Shown piece after piece: positions 8,846 to 17,037 of a stretch of 46,166 nt of DNA (within the stretch, counting starts at the first letter, position 1; the number at the start of each line of letters is the position of its first letter). Made by a program: the position numbers and the translations under genes. Source of the stretch: a phage; NCBI GenBank assembly GCA_017760785.1, contig GCA_017760785.1_4320.1, one strand, 5' to 3'. Under the pieces are notes generated by a model, which worked only from the letters and a program-made list of their open reading frames with translations, did no database searches and was not told the origin of the DNA.

Positions 8846-10429
8846 TCACCCCAGCAATCGTGGATTAATGTAAACCTTATCACCAATCAGGCACGTATAG
8901 TTTTTCTCATCAAGCATTGGCAGTAAGTGATCTTTAATCTTCGTCATTACTCCAGCTTGGGCCTCGAATGGCTTAACTTTACGAGCAGCTTCATATAATG
9001 AACGAATGCCAACTACTCCCTTCCCATTTTTTCCTTGCTTGATCAGAATATCAATCAGCTTATTCATCTCGGCATTGTCTCCAGCGTGACCGGCGGCGTT
9101 AGCGGATGACAAATAAGTCTTACTCAGTTCCTGGAACATAATTACAGCTTCTTGCATGGTGTCGAGCTCAATCTCTCTGGATTTCTGTGGGCTCCCACCG
9201 TTATGGTTGAACCAGTTACGAACAGTATGAAGTACCGCCGCAATCCTGATGGCCTGCTTATCGAACTTACCCAGAGCGCCGCGCAACATTGTGTGTGAAT
9301 ACTTACCTCCGTCAGCAAGGTGCGGTTCCATTTCCTGGCGTGCTCTGTTGAGGTATTTCATTGCTGAGCTGCTGACTGTCAACTTTACTTCTTGCTCATT
9401 CATTATCTCATGAACTAATCGGAAGTAATCAGCCTTCAGCCCTCCGTCGATAGGCTCGTAAGTTGAATCTCCATTCTCGTCAACGAATACACGCTCGCCC
9501 AGGAATGACTTTTCACGTACAAGCAGGAAACGTTCCGATACACCGATACCTCGCGCACCAGCATTCATGATCGCATTGATTGTCTCATCCTGCGCAATTA
9601 CAGATATACAGCCCATGGCAACGAAACTCATGTTGTTTTCAGCGTTGGCGCGCGCGATAGATACGTTACCCGCATCCCATGCCTTGAGCACGAGCTCGCT
9701 GTTGGTCTTCTTCGAGCCGTCACCGTAAGTCATTCCCAATAGTGAGTTGACGCTCGTTGCCTCATCCGAGATAACCGCAAAGTTGCCCTGGCGGTTGTTT
9801 ATTCGCGCAAGACCTTCAGGTGTGGTATCTGACACTGGAAATACGATATCGCAAAGTTTCTCTAGCTTTTCCTCAAGTTCCTCTTTCTCCTCGAATAGGG
9901 AGGCCATCTCTGACGGAGATTTTTCCTGCTTCATCTCTTTGGATAATGCAGATAGCTTAGCCATAATCTTTTTTCGCTCACGCTTTCGCACTTCATTCAG
10001 CCGCTCAGTCTCGGCAATCATTGGAGCAATGGAGAGTGAGTTAATTGCTGATTTACCAGTCGATGGTGGCTGACTGGTCACGACGTACAAAGAGGTTGGC
10101 TGCTGGGTCCCGTGATACTCAACAGTAAAGCGGCCCAGCATTGCAGCGGAAACACACCCCAGGAAGTGCATGTATGCGGATGACTCAGGAAACTGAACTG
10201 AACGAGCAATGTTGGCTGACAGTTTTCCAACAACATCAATATCATTGCCGAGTGAGATTACAGGATATTTGTCATTTGCAGCATCAATCTCTACTGGCGC
10301 TTTCCAGAATGATTGAGACTGACGATAGCCATTAGCATTAATAGCGACGCGCAAAGGTGGGAGGTTGTCTGCGGAAGCGATTGCCATAACCTGTTCAATA
10401 GATAGTTTATCTTCGTTGAAATCGAACAT
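8846..10429 (-). CDS. P-loop NTPase, DUF3987-like (assignment uncertain)
   Basis: Walker A-like PPSTGKS; GGAGA SD before ATG 10429; own motif promoter; 527 aa. Confidence 0.6.
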   Translation of the reverse strand: MFDFNEDKLSIEQVMAIASADNLPPLRVAINANGYRQSQSFWKAPVEIDAANDKYPVISLGNDIDVVGKLSANIARSVQFPESSAYMHFLGCVSAAMLGRFTVEYHGTQQPTSLYVVTSQPPSTGKSAINSLSIAPMIAETERLNEVRKRERKKIMAKLSALSKEMKQEKSPSEMASLFEEKEELEEKLEKLCDIVFPVSDTTPEGLARINNRQGNFAVISDEATSVNSLLGMTYGDGSKKTNSELVLKAWDAGNVSIARANAENNMSFVAMGCISVIAQDETINAIMNAGARGIGVSERFLLVREKSFLGERVFVDENGDSTYEPIDGGLKADYFRLVHEIMNEQEVKLTVSSSAMKYLNRARQEMEPHLADGGKYSHTMLRGALGKFDKQAIRIAAVLHTVRNWFNHNGGSPQKSREIELDTMQEAVIMFQELSKTYLSSANAAGHAGDNAEMNKLIDILIKQGKNGKGVVGIRSLYEAARKVKPFEAQAGVMTKIKDHLLPMLDEKNYTCLIGDKVYINPRLLG

Positions 10430-10459
10430 TACTTCTCTCCGTATTGTTTCTGAGCGGCC

Positions 10460-10502
10460 ATTATATCAACGACCGCTTATAATACATTATCAATTTGTGC
10501 TA
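10460..10502 (-). promoter_or_regulatory. motif-type promoter (TAGCACAAATTGATAA, 21 bp, TATAAT)
   Basis: minus strand; drives 8846-10429 ATPase gene. Confidence 0.5.
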
Positions 10503-10503
10503 T

Positions 10504-10857
10504 TTACAGGTATTGCGCTTCGAAATGGTACGTATGGCAAAGAGTGTAGAAACCAACATCATCGCTACGGTATAGCTGCCAGGCATTTCCATCCTCATCG
10601 TAAATGTAGCCGGCAGACTGACCAAGCCCCGCATGAAGATTTACTTGGTAACGCTTATTCTCTTTAAAGTCTTTTTTAACTCCTGACTTGTGGTTAACTT
10701 TAGTGCAATAAAGCGTCTTGGTCTTGATATATTTACCACGCTCTTCCAGGCTAACCCATTTGCCATCTTTCTTGATTTGCTCTACACCATCTTTAACGCG
10801 AGCTTTGCATAGTACGTTTTCGTTGCTAATGAAGTTTTTAGTCAGTGTAGTAGTCAT
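10504..10857 (-). CDS. hypothetical protein
   Basis: ORF; first ATG at 10857 (track start is GTG). Confidence 0.45.
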   Translation of the reverse strand: MTTTLTKNFISNENVLCKARVKDGVEQIKKDGKWVSLEERGKYIKTKTLYCTKVNHKSGVKKDFKENKRYQVNLHAGLGQSAGYIYDEDGNAWQLYRSDDVGFYTLCHTYHFEAQYL

Positions 10858-11018
10858 TTTGTTACTCTCTTCGTTGTCCACATGAATTTGTTTGGTACTG
10901 ATTTGCGCACGATGCACACCACAATCTTATCAACCTTCTGAACTAAACCGTAAATCTTTCCGTCTAGCGACGCCCTGAAAACCGTCCACTCCATTTCGTT
11001 GTGAAAGTTATCGAACAT
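10854..11018 (-). CDS. hypothetical 54-aa protein
   Basis: hand-translated ORF directly after motif promoter; stop overlaps next start. Confidence 0.3.
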   Translation of the reverse strand: MFDNFHNEMEWTVFRASLDGKIYGLVQKVDKIVVCIVRKSVPNKFMWTTKRVTK

Positions 11019-11050
11019 GCTTGCTTACTCTCTTTCGTTTCGATGAGGTA

Positions 11051-11093
11051 ACTATACAACAAAAGCACCGAAGGGCTTTAGCAATTAGTGCTA
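11051..11093 (-). promoter_or_regulatory. motif-type promoter (TAGCACTAATTGCTAA, 21 bp, TATAGT)
   Basis: minus strand; CATCGAAACGA leader follows. Confidence 0.55.
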
Positions 11094-11471
11094 TACGCCA
11101 TAATCTATCTTAACCAGTTTCCCTTTGTAGTATCCAAAGTTCTTTGGAAAAGCGTCGTACTCAAAGAAATCACGGTCAAGCGTTCTATATTCATCATTAT
11201 CAACGTCATCATATAGCTTTTGCAGGTCGGATTTAAAAAGCTCCTCATTATCAACTGGCTCAGCCTTATGCATCACAACCATTAGGCCGAACCTGTTTGA
11301 GTATGCTATTGGGCACAGGTTCTTGTTATCAACCCCCTTCCATTGGCCCTCAGTCATGTTGCTGAGCATCCCCTGCACAAAGGCCTTCCAGGAATTAAAT
11401 CTCGGGAACTTAATCGCATACTTTTTTGTGATTAGTACAAGCCTGGTCCCACCACTTCTATTTAGTTTCAT
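11091..11471 (-). CDS. hypothetical protein
   Basis: 126-aa ORF with AAGGA SD; stop lies in TAGCAC motif. Confidence 0.5.
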   Translation of the reverse strand: MKLNRSGGTRLVLITKKYAIKFPRFNSWKAFVQGMLSNMTEGQWKGVDNKNLCPIAYSNRFGLMVVMHKAEPVDNEELFKSDLQKLYDDVDNDEYRTLDRDFFEYDAFPKNFGYYKGKLVKIDYGV

Positions 11472-11616
11472 TCCTTGCCTTCTCTATCGCCTTCAGCATA
11501 ATCTCGTGAGACTCAAGCAAGTCTTCGCGGAACCAGTCACCGCATGGCCAGCCTTTTCCGCTGTAGGCGCTTACTACCTCAAGGTCGAAGTAATTTATCT
11601 CAGATGGTAGTAGCAT
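11458..11616 (-). CDS. hypothetical 52-aa protein
   Basis: hand-translated ORF filling a gap between minus-strand genes. Confidence 0.3.
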   Translation of the reverse strand: MLLPSEINYFDLEVVSAYSGKGWPCGDWFREDLLESHEIMLKAIEKARNETK

Positions 11617-11619
11617 CTT

Positions 11620-11811
11620 TTACGCCTCCATAATGTATTCAAACTCGGATGTAAACAATGGAAGATCCCTTCCGGCAGGAGTCTTGATACTAACCTCGCC
11701 CGACTCATACTGGTGAATAACTTCGTAAACTCCCCCGATCTCCACCCCGTAGAATTCTCTCTCGTATTTACCGTGTTTTGTTTGAAAGTTGATTAATTTA
11801 ATCTTCATCAT
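11620..11811 (-). CDS. small protein, paralogue of 12227-12421
   Basis: shares YG-x3-GGVYEV-x3-YE core with 12227-12421 product. Confidence 0.45.
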   Translation of the reverse strand: MMKIKLINFQTKHGKYEREFYGVEIGGVYEVIHQYESGEVSIKTPAGRDLPLFTSEFEYIMEA

Positions 11812-12047
11812 TTCACCTCATCAAAAGTTGCTATTCCAGGAATAAACATACCAACCTTCCAGCCAGTAATGGCAATCCAACCAGAATCGTGCTTGTGCGG
11901 TCGCTCAGCGCCATTAATCAACCATTCGTTAGGGATTACCTTCCCCTTAATGATTAGCGGCTCAGCGTCGTATACAGAGCCTTTAACGAATGGTGTTAAG
12001 GCTTTCTTGTCAGTGCTGGTAATGCAGTTAGTGCAGCGAATTTTCAT
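11808..12047 (-). CDS. hypothetical small protein
   Basis: ORF; overlap with neighbouring gene. Confidence 0.45.
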   Translation of the reverse strand: MKIRCTNCITSTDKKALTPFVKGSVYDAEPLIIKGKVIPNEWLINGAERPHKHDSGWIAITGWKVGMFIPGIATFDEVK

Positions 12048-12057
12048 ATCTCAATCC

Positions 12058-12237
12058 TCAAATAAATGGTAGGCACTCTTCGCACCCAAGCCCATCACAG
12101 CACAGGAATTCATTCCCTGACTGGAATTTCTTAGCCAGGTCAATATCCAATTTTCCGCGCAACACAAGGTCAGTGTAATCTTCATTAAGCCCAATCAGTG
12201 TGCACTCGCGACGTAATTCATCTTTATCAATCTTCAT
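12058..12237 (-). CDS. hypothetical Cys-rich small protein
   Basis: C-terminal CCDGLGCEEC; start at internal ATG with GAGG SD. Confidence 0.4.
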   Translation of the reverse strand: MKIDKDELRRECTLIGLNEDYTDLVLRGKLDIDLAKKFQSGNEFLCCDGLGCEECLPFI

Positions 12238-12421
12238 AGATTTCAACCTCTCTATTGTAGAGCATAACATTACGGCCATACTTGTTAACCACTACAATTG
12301 CCTCAAGTTCAGCATAAGTAGTTACCACTTCATACACGCCGCCTTGATTGATGCCATAGTACTCATACACTTCATCATAAATATCACCACAGAAATCAAG
12401 CTCAATAACCTTTACTTTCAT
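12227..12421 (-). CDS. small protein, paralogue of 11620-11811
   Basis: first gene after minus-strand motif promoter at 12449-12492. Confidence 0.5.
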   Translation of the reverse strand: MKVKVIELDFCGDIYDEVYEYYGINQGGVYEVVTTYAELEAIVVVNKYGRNVMLYNREVEIYED

Positions 12422-12448
12422 ATCTATGTCCTCGTTGCTGATGAGCTA

Positions 12449-12492
12449 ACTATAGCGTCACCACATTAACATGTCTTTAGCAAAAAGTGCCA
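12449..12492 (-). promoter_or_regulatory. variant motif promoter (TGGCACTTTTTGCTAA, TATAGT)
   Basis: minus strand; drives 12227-12421. Confidence 0.5.
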
Positions 12493-12720
12493 TTCGTTAG
12501 ATTTATGGATTGTTGCAGATATTGAAATGATTAACATGATTATTGCACATATAGTAATATTGCTTCCGATGCAATGATTTTTTTGATTGTTGCGAAAAGT
12601 GAAATAAAGTGGTGAGTGAGTGAATGAAAGATGGATGGACTACCATACAAGTTGATTTTGATTCTGTCCGAGCCGCTTTGCGTATACGCGTTATGAAAGT
12701 TATGCCGTGTAGATAAACCT

Positions 12721-13020
12721 TTCCGCGGAAATTCATCCACGCCGTACCACGCCAGGTTACGCCATAGTTACACTATAATATCTATATATAACAACCTCTT
12801 AGTATTATTATTATTATTATAAATATTACTATGTATATCATGTAACCAATATGCCGGAGGGGGTCGATAGTTTTTTCTATGAAAATGACAATTTCTATAT
12901 ATATAAGGATAGGTGTATACCCTCCGCGTTTTCCGCGGAAATTCATCTACAGGCAAATTACACGAGCTATAGCTGGGCTGGCACGCCAAAAAACGTAACC
13001 AGCGCCAATATAAACACAAG
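12721..13020. repeat. AT-rich divergent control element, copy 1
   Basis: 17-bp direct repeat TTCCGCGGAAATTCATC at 12721 and 12931; (TAT)6 at 12803-12820; ~70 percent identical to 39790-40110. Confidence 0.7.
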
Positions 13021-13096
13021 ATAACACTTGATAACGTGTAGACGTGTGTTATTATGGGTTCACCTTAACGAATGGGAACCAATCAGGAGTAATAAA

Positions 13097-13615
13097 ATGT
13101 CAGAACATAAAGAAGCAGTAAGTCTCGGTGAAGTGGTTCGCTACATGGCTAAGCAAGCACTCAAATCCCCTACAAAATCTTACACCGTCCCGCTGCGTAT
13201 GATTGCTCGACAGGTGTACGGGCTTAGCAAGGAGGAATTTAGCAAGATTTATGAAGAAGATCTTAAGCCTGGCGGTAAGTACAACCTCAATAAGCTAAAG
13301 GCTTCATACGTTTCAAACACAGTAAGCCGAATGCCTGAAATTAAAGCGGCCAATGTTCGCTCAAAGTTTTCTATACATGATGTGGAGATTAATTTTGATG
13401 ATGTTCGTTGTGCGGTAATCTCACTTGTCCCAGGGGCTATAAATGGTGGGTCACGAAGCAAGGCTAAAGAAGAAAAGGAAGCAGCAACCATTGAGAAGTT
13501 CAAGAAACGACTACTGGCAGTCACTCCGAGTGTTATCCACCTGAGCGGGGAAAAGCTCGATGGCGCACTTTTAGCACTGTCCGCTTACCAGGAACTTATC
13601 AAGGAGGCAAAATAA
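13097..13615 (+). CDS. hypothetical protein
   Basis: ATG at 13097 with AGGAGT SD (track start 13028 is TTG). Confidence 0.5.
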   Translation: MSEHKEAVSLGEVVRYMAKQALKSPTKSYTVPLRMIARQVYGLSKEEFSKIYEEDLKPGGKYNLNKLKASYVSNTVSRMPEIKAANVRSKFSIHDVEINFDDVRCAVISLVPGAINGGSRSKAKEEKEAATIEKFKKRLLAVTPSVIHLSGEKLDGALLALSAYQELIKEAK

Positions 13616-13947
13616 TGGGGATGTTTGATTTCAATGATGGGAAGCTAAATGATAATGATATTGCAAGCATTGCGCAGCGAGATGGTTACACAATTCTTCG
13701 CGTAGCAATCAGCAACAACGGCTATCGGCAATCTCAGAAGTTCTGGGGCCAACCTAACGCTTCATCAATCTACGATGGTGACGTGCTATGTATTGTTGTC
13801 AACCGAATAAGAAAAATGGCAGCCGGAGCAAAAGGAGTGATTGAACTCCGTTCTTTGTATAACGATATTCGAAAGATTAAAAGGTTTAATGGTGGAAACG
13901 CTAGATTAATAGCACGACTTAGAGAGGAGATTATCCCGCAACTTTAG
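13615..13947 (+). CDS. internally deleted paralogue of the 8846-10429 ATPase, ended by in-frame TAG at 13945
   Basis: N-terminal ~45 aa and C-terminal ~60 aa align to the 527-aa protein; AAGGAGG SD. Confidence 0.5.
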   Translation: MGMFDFNDGKLNDNDIASIAQRDGYTILRVAISNNGYRQSQKFWGQPNASSIYDGDVLCIVVNRIRKMAAGAKGVIELRSLYNDIRKIKRFNGGNARLIARLREEIIPQL

Positions 13948-14145
13948 AAGATGAAACTCGCTTGCCTCGTTAGGGATAATGTTTATGTCAACCCGGCAAT
14001 CCTGGAGGAAGATTGGGAACCTAACTTCAAAGCCTACGAAGGTGAGCATCCTAGTAGACTACCATACCACTTAATGTACAGTGAGGACTAGGTGGGGATG
14101 GCGATTGAGCTCTACCGGAAAGCTAAATCAATCCTTAGCGGTGAA

Positions 14146-14188
14146 TAGCATGAATTGGTAAATCTTCCGCGAGTCCATTTGCTATAGT
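14146..14188 (+). promoter_or_regulatory. variant motif promoter (TAGCATGAATTGGTAA, 21 bp, TATAGT)
   Basis: same geometry before 14216 ORF. Confidence 0.45.
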
Positions 14189-14215
14189 GGACTCATTGAA
14201 GCGAAACAACAAATC

Positions 14216-14497
14216 ATGATGTTATATATGGAAACTACAGTAGAGTGCATCAAAGATTATCACGGCGAAGAGGCTGAGGTGAAGGTTATTAAGATTGAAT
14301 TTAGCGATAGTGATCTGCATCTCGTAAACATTGATTTTAACCCTGATGACGAATCCTATCCGTCAACATACATGCTGTACACTCCAGATCAGGCGCGCCA
14401 GTTAGCGGTGTATCTGATGGAAGCTGCCAACCGAGCTGATAAGGGGATTCATCCTGACGGGTATAACCAACAAATAAACCACAAGAATGGAAGTTAA
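14216..14497 (+). CDS. hypothetical protein
   Basis: ORF downstream of variant motif promoter. Confidence 0.4.
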   Translation: MMLYMETTVECIKDYHGEEAEVKVIKIEFSDSDLHLVNIDFNPDDESYPSTYMLYTPDQARQLAVYLMEAANRADKGIHPDGYNQQINHKNGS

Positions 14498-14619
14498 GTG
14501 ATCATATACGAACATAAATTAAGCAGCAGGGGTATTGATATGCTCCTGCACTATGTAGACGAAAAATACGCAAAGCTCATGCTTAAGACGCATGGCGGCA
14601 CAATAACGAGGATTAATAT

Positions 14620-14880
14620 ATGAGCAAGTACGATCGTGAGATTATTGGCATTGATGGCACGGTAACAACAATAGATGTTTATCGTGTCCTTGATGCTTTT
14701 TGCGTATCTGACCCAGCAACGCAACACGCGATAAAGAAGATGCTTTGCATGGGCTTGCGTGGTCACAAGGATTACCTTACAGATCTTAATGACTCGATTG
14801 ATTCACTACATAAGGCTAAAGAGCTTTACGGGCAGAAGATGATTCATGAATCAGATAAATCAGTTCTGAGTGGCAAATAG
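14620..14880 (+). CDS. hypothetical protein
   Basis: 86-aa ORF; stop TAG is first triplet of next motif. Confidence 0.45.
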   Translation: MSKYDREIIGIDGTVTTIDVYRVLDAFCVSDPATQHAIKKMLCMGLRGHKDYLTDLNDSIDSLHKAKELYGQKMIHESDKSVLSGK

Positions 14881-14920
14881 CACGAATTGCTAAACGCGAT
14901 CAGGAGGGTTTTGTTATAGT
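14878..14920 (+). promoter_or_regulatory. motif-type promoter (TAGCACGAATTGCTAA, 21 bp, TGtTATAGT)
   Basis: archetype copy; TG-extended -10. Confidence 0.6.
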
Positions 14921-14950
14921 TAGTTCACACCAAACGAGAGGGGATTAAAA

Positions 14951-15181
14951 ATGTCAAGGTTTGAAATTGTTCAGGCCGGTGATAGGAGCAGAAATAAAGC
15001 AGCGATAATGATTGAGCGCAGGCTATTTGGAATAGTCAAAGTTGTGTGGTTGAAGATCTACAGTAATCATCCAGATTTTGACAAGTGGAACAATACGTCA
15101 AGAAGAGATTGTTACGGATATGCAACCATGACAATGAGACATATTGAAGCAGCTTACCTAAGTTTGCTATCAGAGGTTTGA
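14951..15181 (+). CDS. hypothetical protein
   Basis: ORF after motif promoter at 14878. Confidence 0.45.
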   Translation: MSRFEIVQAGDRSRNKAAIMIERRLFGIVKVVWLKIYSNHPDFDKWNNTSRRDCYGYATMTMRHIEAAYLSLLSEV

Positions 15182-15214
15182 TTGTGCACTACAACGTTAA
15201 TAAAGGAGAATAAG

Positions 15215-15445
15215 ATGATTACAATTAACCTGTCAGAAAAGCAAGCCGCAGAACTTAAAGAGGCAATGTCTATAAAAAACATTAGATACGGCCAGTTCGA
15301 GCGACCAGAAGTTATGATAGAGGTAATTAAACAGATCAACAACCAGCAGTTCGACGTTAGTGACTTCGAGAGCTCTCGACAATACGAGGTTCTTAGCGTT
15401 AATGCTGCATACCTCGAAAACTGGGATAGGGCGACTGAGAAATGA
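15215..15445 (+). CDS. hypothetical protein
   Basis: ATG 15215 with AAGGAG SD. Confidence 0.45.
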   Translation: MITINLSEKQAAELKEAMSIKNIRYGQFERPEVMIEVIKQINNQQFDVSDFESSRQYEVLSVNAAYLENWDRATEK

Positions 15446-15615
15446 ATCTTGACAAAGAGGTATTAAGAGGTAATTTCATAGCTCACGGAATTGATGATAA
15501 AGAGTTCCTGGATTGGTTCCTTGATAAAAAAGTTGATGAGCTTGGTTTGTACTGGTTCTCAACTGGTGCGACAATGTACGAGGCATGGATGGCAGCAATG
15601 GAGACTAAGAAATGA
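15442..15615 (+). CDS. hypothetical 57-aa protein
   Basis: hand-translated; ATGA overlap with previous stop. Confidence 0.35.
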   Translation: MNLDKEVLRGNFIAHGIDDKEFLDWFLDKKVDELGLYWFSTGATMYEAWMAAMETKK

Positions 15616-15754
15616 TTTACATTCACACATACTACACAGGCAAGTTCAACAGCGTTAGCATGTTCGGCTACATGAGAAGAAGAGCGATGCGATTAAGCAA
15701 TATGAGGTTCTTGGAGGTGTAGTTATTGAGGCAATGAAAACACAAAACATTAAA

Positions 15755-15797
15755 TAGCGCGAATTGCTAAAACAGAATCGGGGTAATTTGGTATAGT
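15755..15797 (+). promoter_or_regulatory. motif-type promoter (TAGCGCGAATTGCTAA, TGgTATAGT)
   Basis: CCATCGAAACGAA leader follows. Confidence 0.6.
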
Positions 15798-15827
15798 TAC
15801 CCCATCGAAACGAACGAGGAATCAGAA

Positions 15828-16040
15828 ATGAAAATTGAAATTATCGACGTGGACTACAGACCAGAGGTAGACGTACTGACTCTTGGTGAGTGTGGATTTG
15901 AAGTTGGCGACGTAGTTGAAGTGTCCGGTCACTACGTTGATGGCAACCTTTTAATCCAGGCTATCCGTGGTAATGAGTTCGTGAGTGTAGGAAATGAAGT
16001 AAGCGCAAGCGAGCATGAATATAAGGTGGTTGAGGAATGA
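15828..16040 (+). CDS. hypothetical protein
   Basis: ORF after motif promoter at 15755. Confidence 0.45.
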   Translation: MKIEIIDVDYRPEVDVLTLGECGFEVGDVVEVSGHYVDGNLLIQAIRGNEFVSVGNEVSASEHEYKVVEE

Positions 16041-16216
16041 GATTTAGACAAAGCGAGCCTAAGCTACAGGCCAATCACTTCGACGGCTACGCAACATTCA
16101 TCATTGCCCAGGCCTGCGGAATGCGTGATGAGCCACAGGTTCACACCGTCCACTTAACCGAAGAGCAGGCCAGGGAGCTGGCTTACGAAATTCTAGAGCA
16201 ATTGAACCGAATTTAA
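16037..16216 (+). CDS. hypothetical 59-aa protein
   Basis: hand-translated; ATGA overlap with previous stop. Confidence 0.35.
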   Translation: MRFRQSEPKLQANHFDGYATFIIAQACGMRDEPQVHTVHLTEEQARELAYEILEQLNRI

Positions 16217-16267
16217 CGCGCATAAAACGCATTTTGACGAACGATAATTTAAGTAAGGTGATTCATC

Positions 16268-16393
16268 ATGGAAGCACAAGAAAGCCCTGTAGAGTGGTGC
16301 AAGAGAATGCAGGACGAAGCCAAAACTGGCGAAGAGGCCATGTCTTACTACGAGCTAGCGCAAATGTGGATGGAACGGGAGAGGAAACAATGA
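16268..16393 (+). CDS. hypothetical 41-aa protein
   Basis: hand-translated; AAGGTG SD. Confidence 0.35.
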   Translation: MEAQESPVEWCKRMQDEAKTGEEAMSYYELAQMWMERERKQ

Positions 16394-16533
16394 GCTTCAC
16401 TGAATACGTGATCGCATGTGAACGACTGGTCTTTGATATGAAGGCTTTTCACTGGTTCATCATTAAGGATTTAATCAAGCCGTACAAGCAAGGCGTGACA
16501 CCTGAGGCTTTTGTTAAGTCATTCTATAAATAG
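16390..16533 (+). CDS. hypothetical 47-aa protein
   Basis: ATGA overlap with previous ORF; ends in TAG of motif at 16531. Confidence 0.35.
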   Translation: MSFTEYVIACERLVFDMKAFHWFIIKDLIKPYKQGVTPEAFVKSFYK

Positions 16534-16573
16534 CACTAATTGCTAAACGTAGTTGCCACGGATGGCATATAAT
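16531..16573 (+). promoter_or_regulatory. motif-type promoter (TAGCACTAATTGCTAA, TATAAT)
   Basis: standard spacing before 16604 ORF. Confidence 0.55.
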
Positions 16574-16603
16574 TACCCTATCAACACAGCGAGAGATTGA
16601 TAA

Positions 16604-16798
16604 ATGAAAAACTATTTTATATTCGTTAATTACTACCTATCAAACAACTCTTCACCTATTGAATGCGACAGTATACTGCTGACTGATTACAGAGACTGCG
16701 TAGGCGCCTGGGAAACCGCGACATTTTGTTTTGGTCGACATAAAGAGAAGTGTGGATATGCGTCTTTCGTAATAACTGAATTCAAGGAGATTAAATAA
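16604..16798 (+). CDS. hypothetical protein
   Basis: ORF after motif promoter at 16531. Confidence 0.45.
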   Translation: MKNYFIFVNYYLSNNSSPIECDSILLTDYRDCVGAWETATFCFGRHKEKCGYASFVITEFKEIK

Positions 16799-17037
16799 TG
16801 TTCGGACTAGAAGATTCATACTTCAACGCAGTAAAGCACCAGGCTGACAAGCTTAACGATGAGTACGGAAAGCTTAGTTCCAAGCAGCGAAAAGACAATC
16901 ATGTTGTTGCTGCTCTAATCACGAAAGTCTGGGGTCCCGTATCAATGCTCATTAGTCGTGACAAATTCACTTGGATTGCAGGGTACAGGCGAGGCCTGGT
17001 TGGTCATGACGAGAATGGGAATAGCCTTTATGAGTGA
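16798..17037 (+). CDS. hypothetical protein
   Basis: 79-aa ORF; start overlaps previous stop. Confidence 0.45.
   Translation: MFGLEDSYFNAVKHQADKLNDEYGKLSSKQRKDNHVVAALITKVWGPVSMLISRDKFTWIAGYRRGLVGHDENGNSLYE

Noticed and set aside
13028-13096. Track start codons at 13028, 31601 and 39710 giving longer ORFs
   Set aside because: These are TTG codons with no ribosome-binding site and overlap promoter elements; in-frame ATGs with purine-rich sites lie downstream (13097, 31613, 39677).
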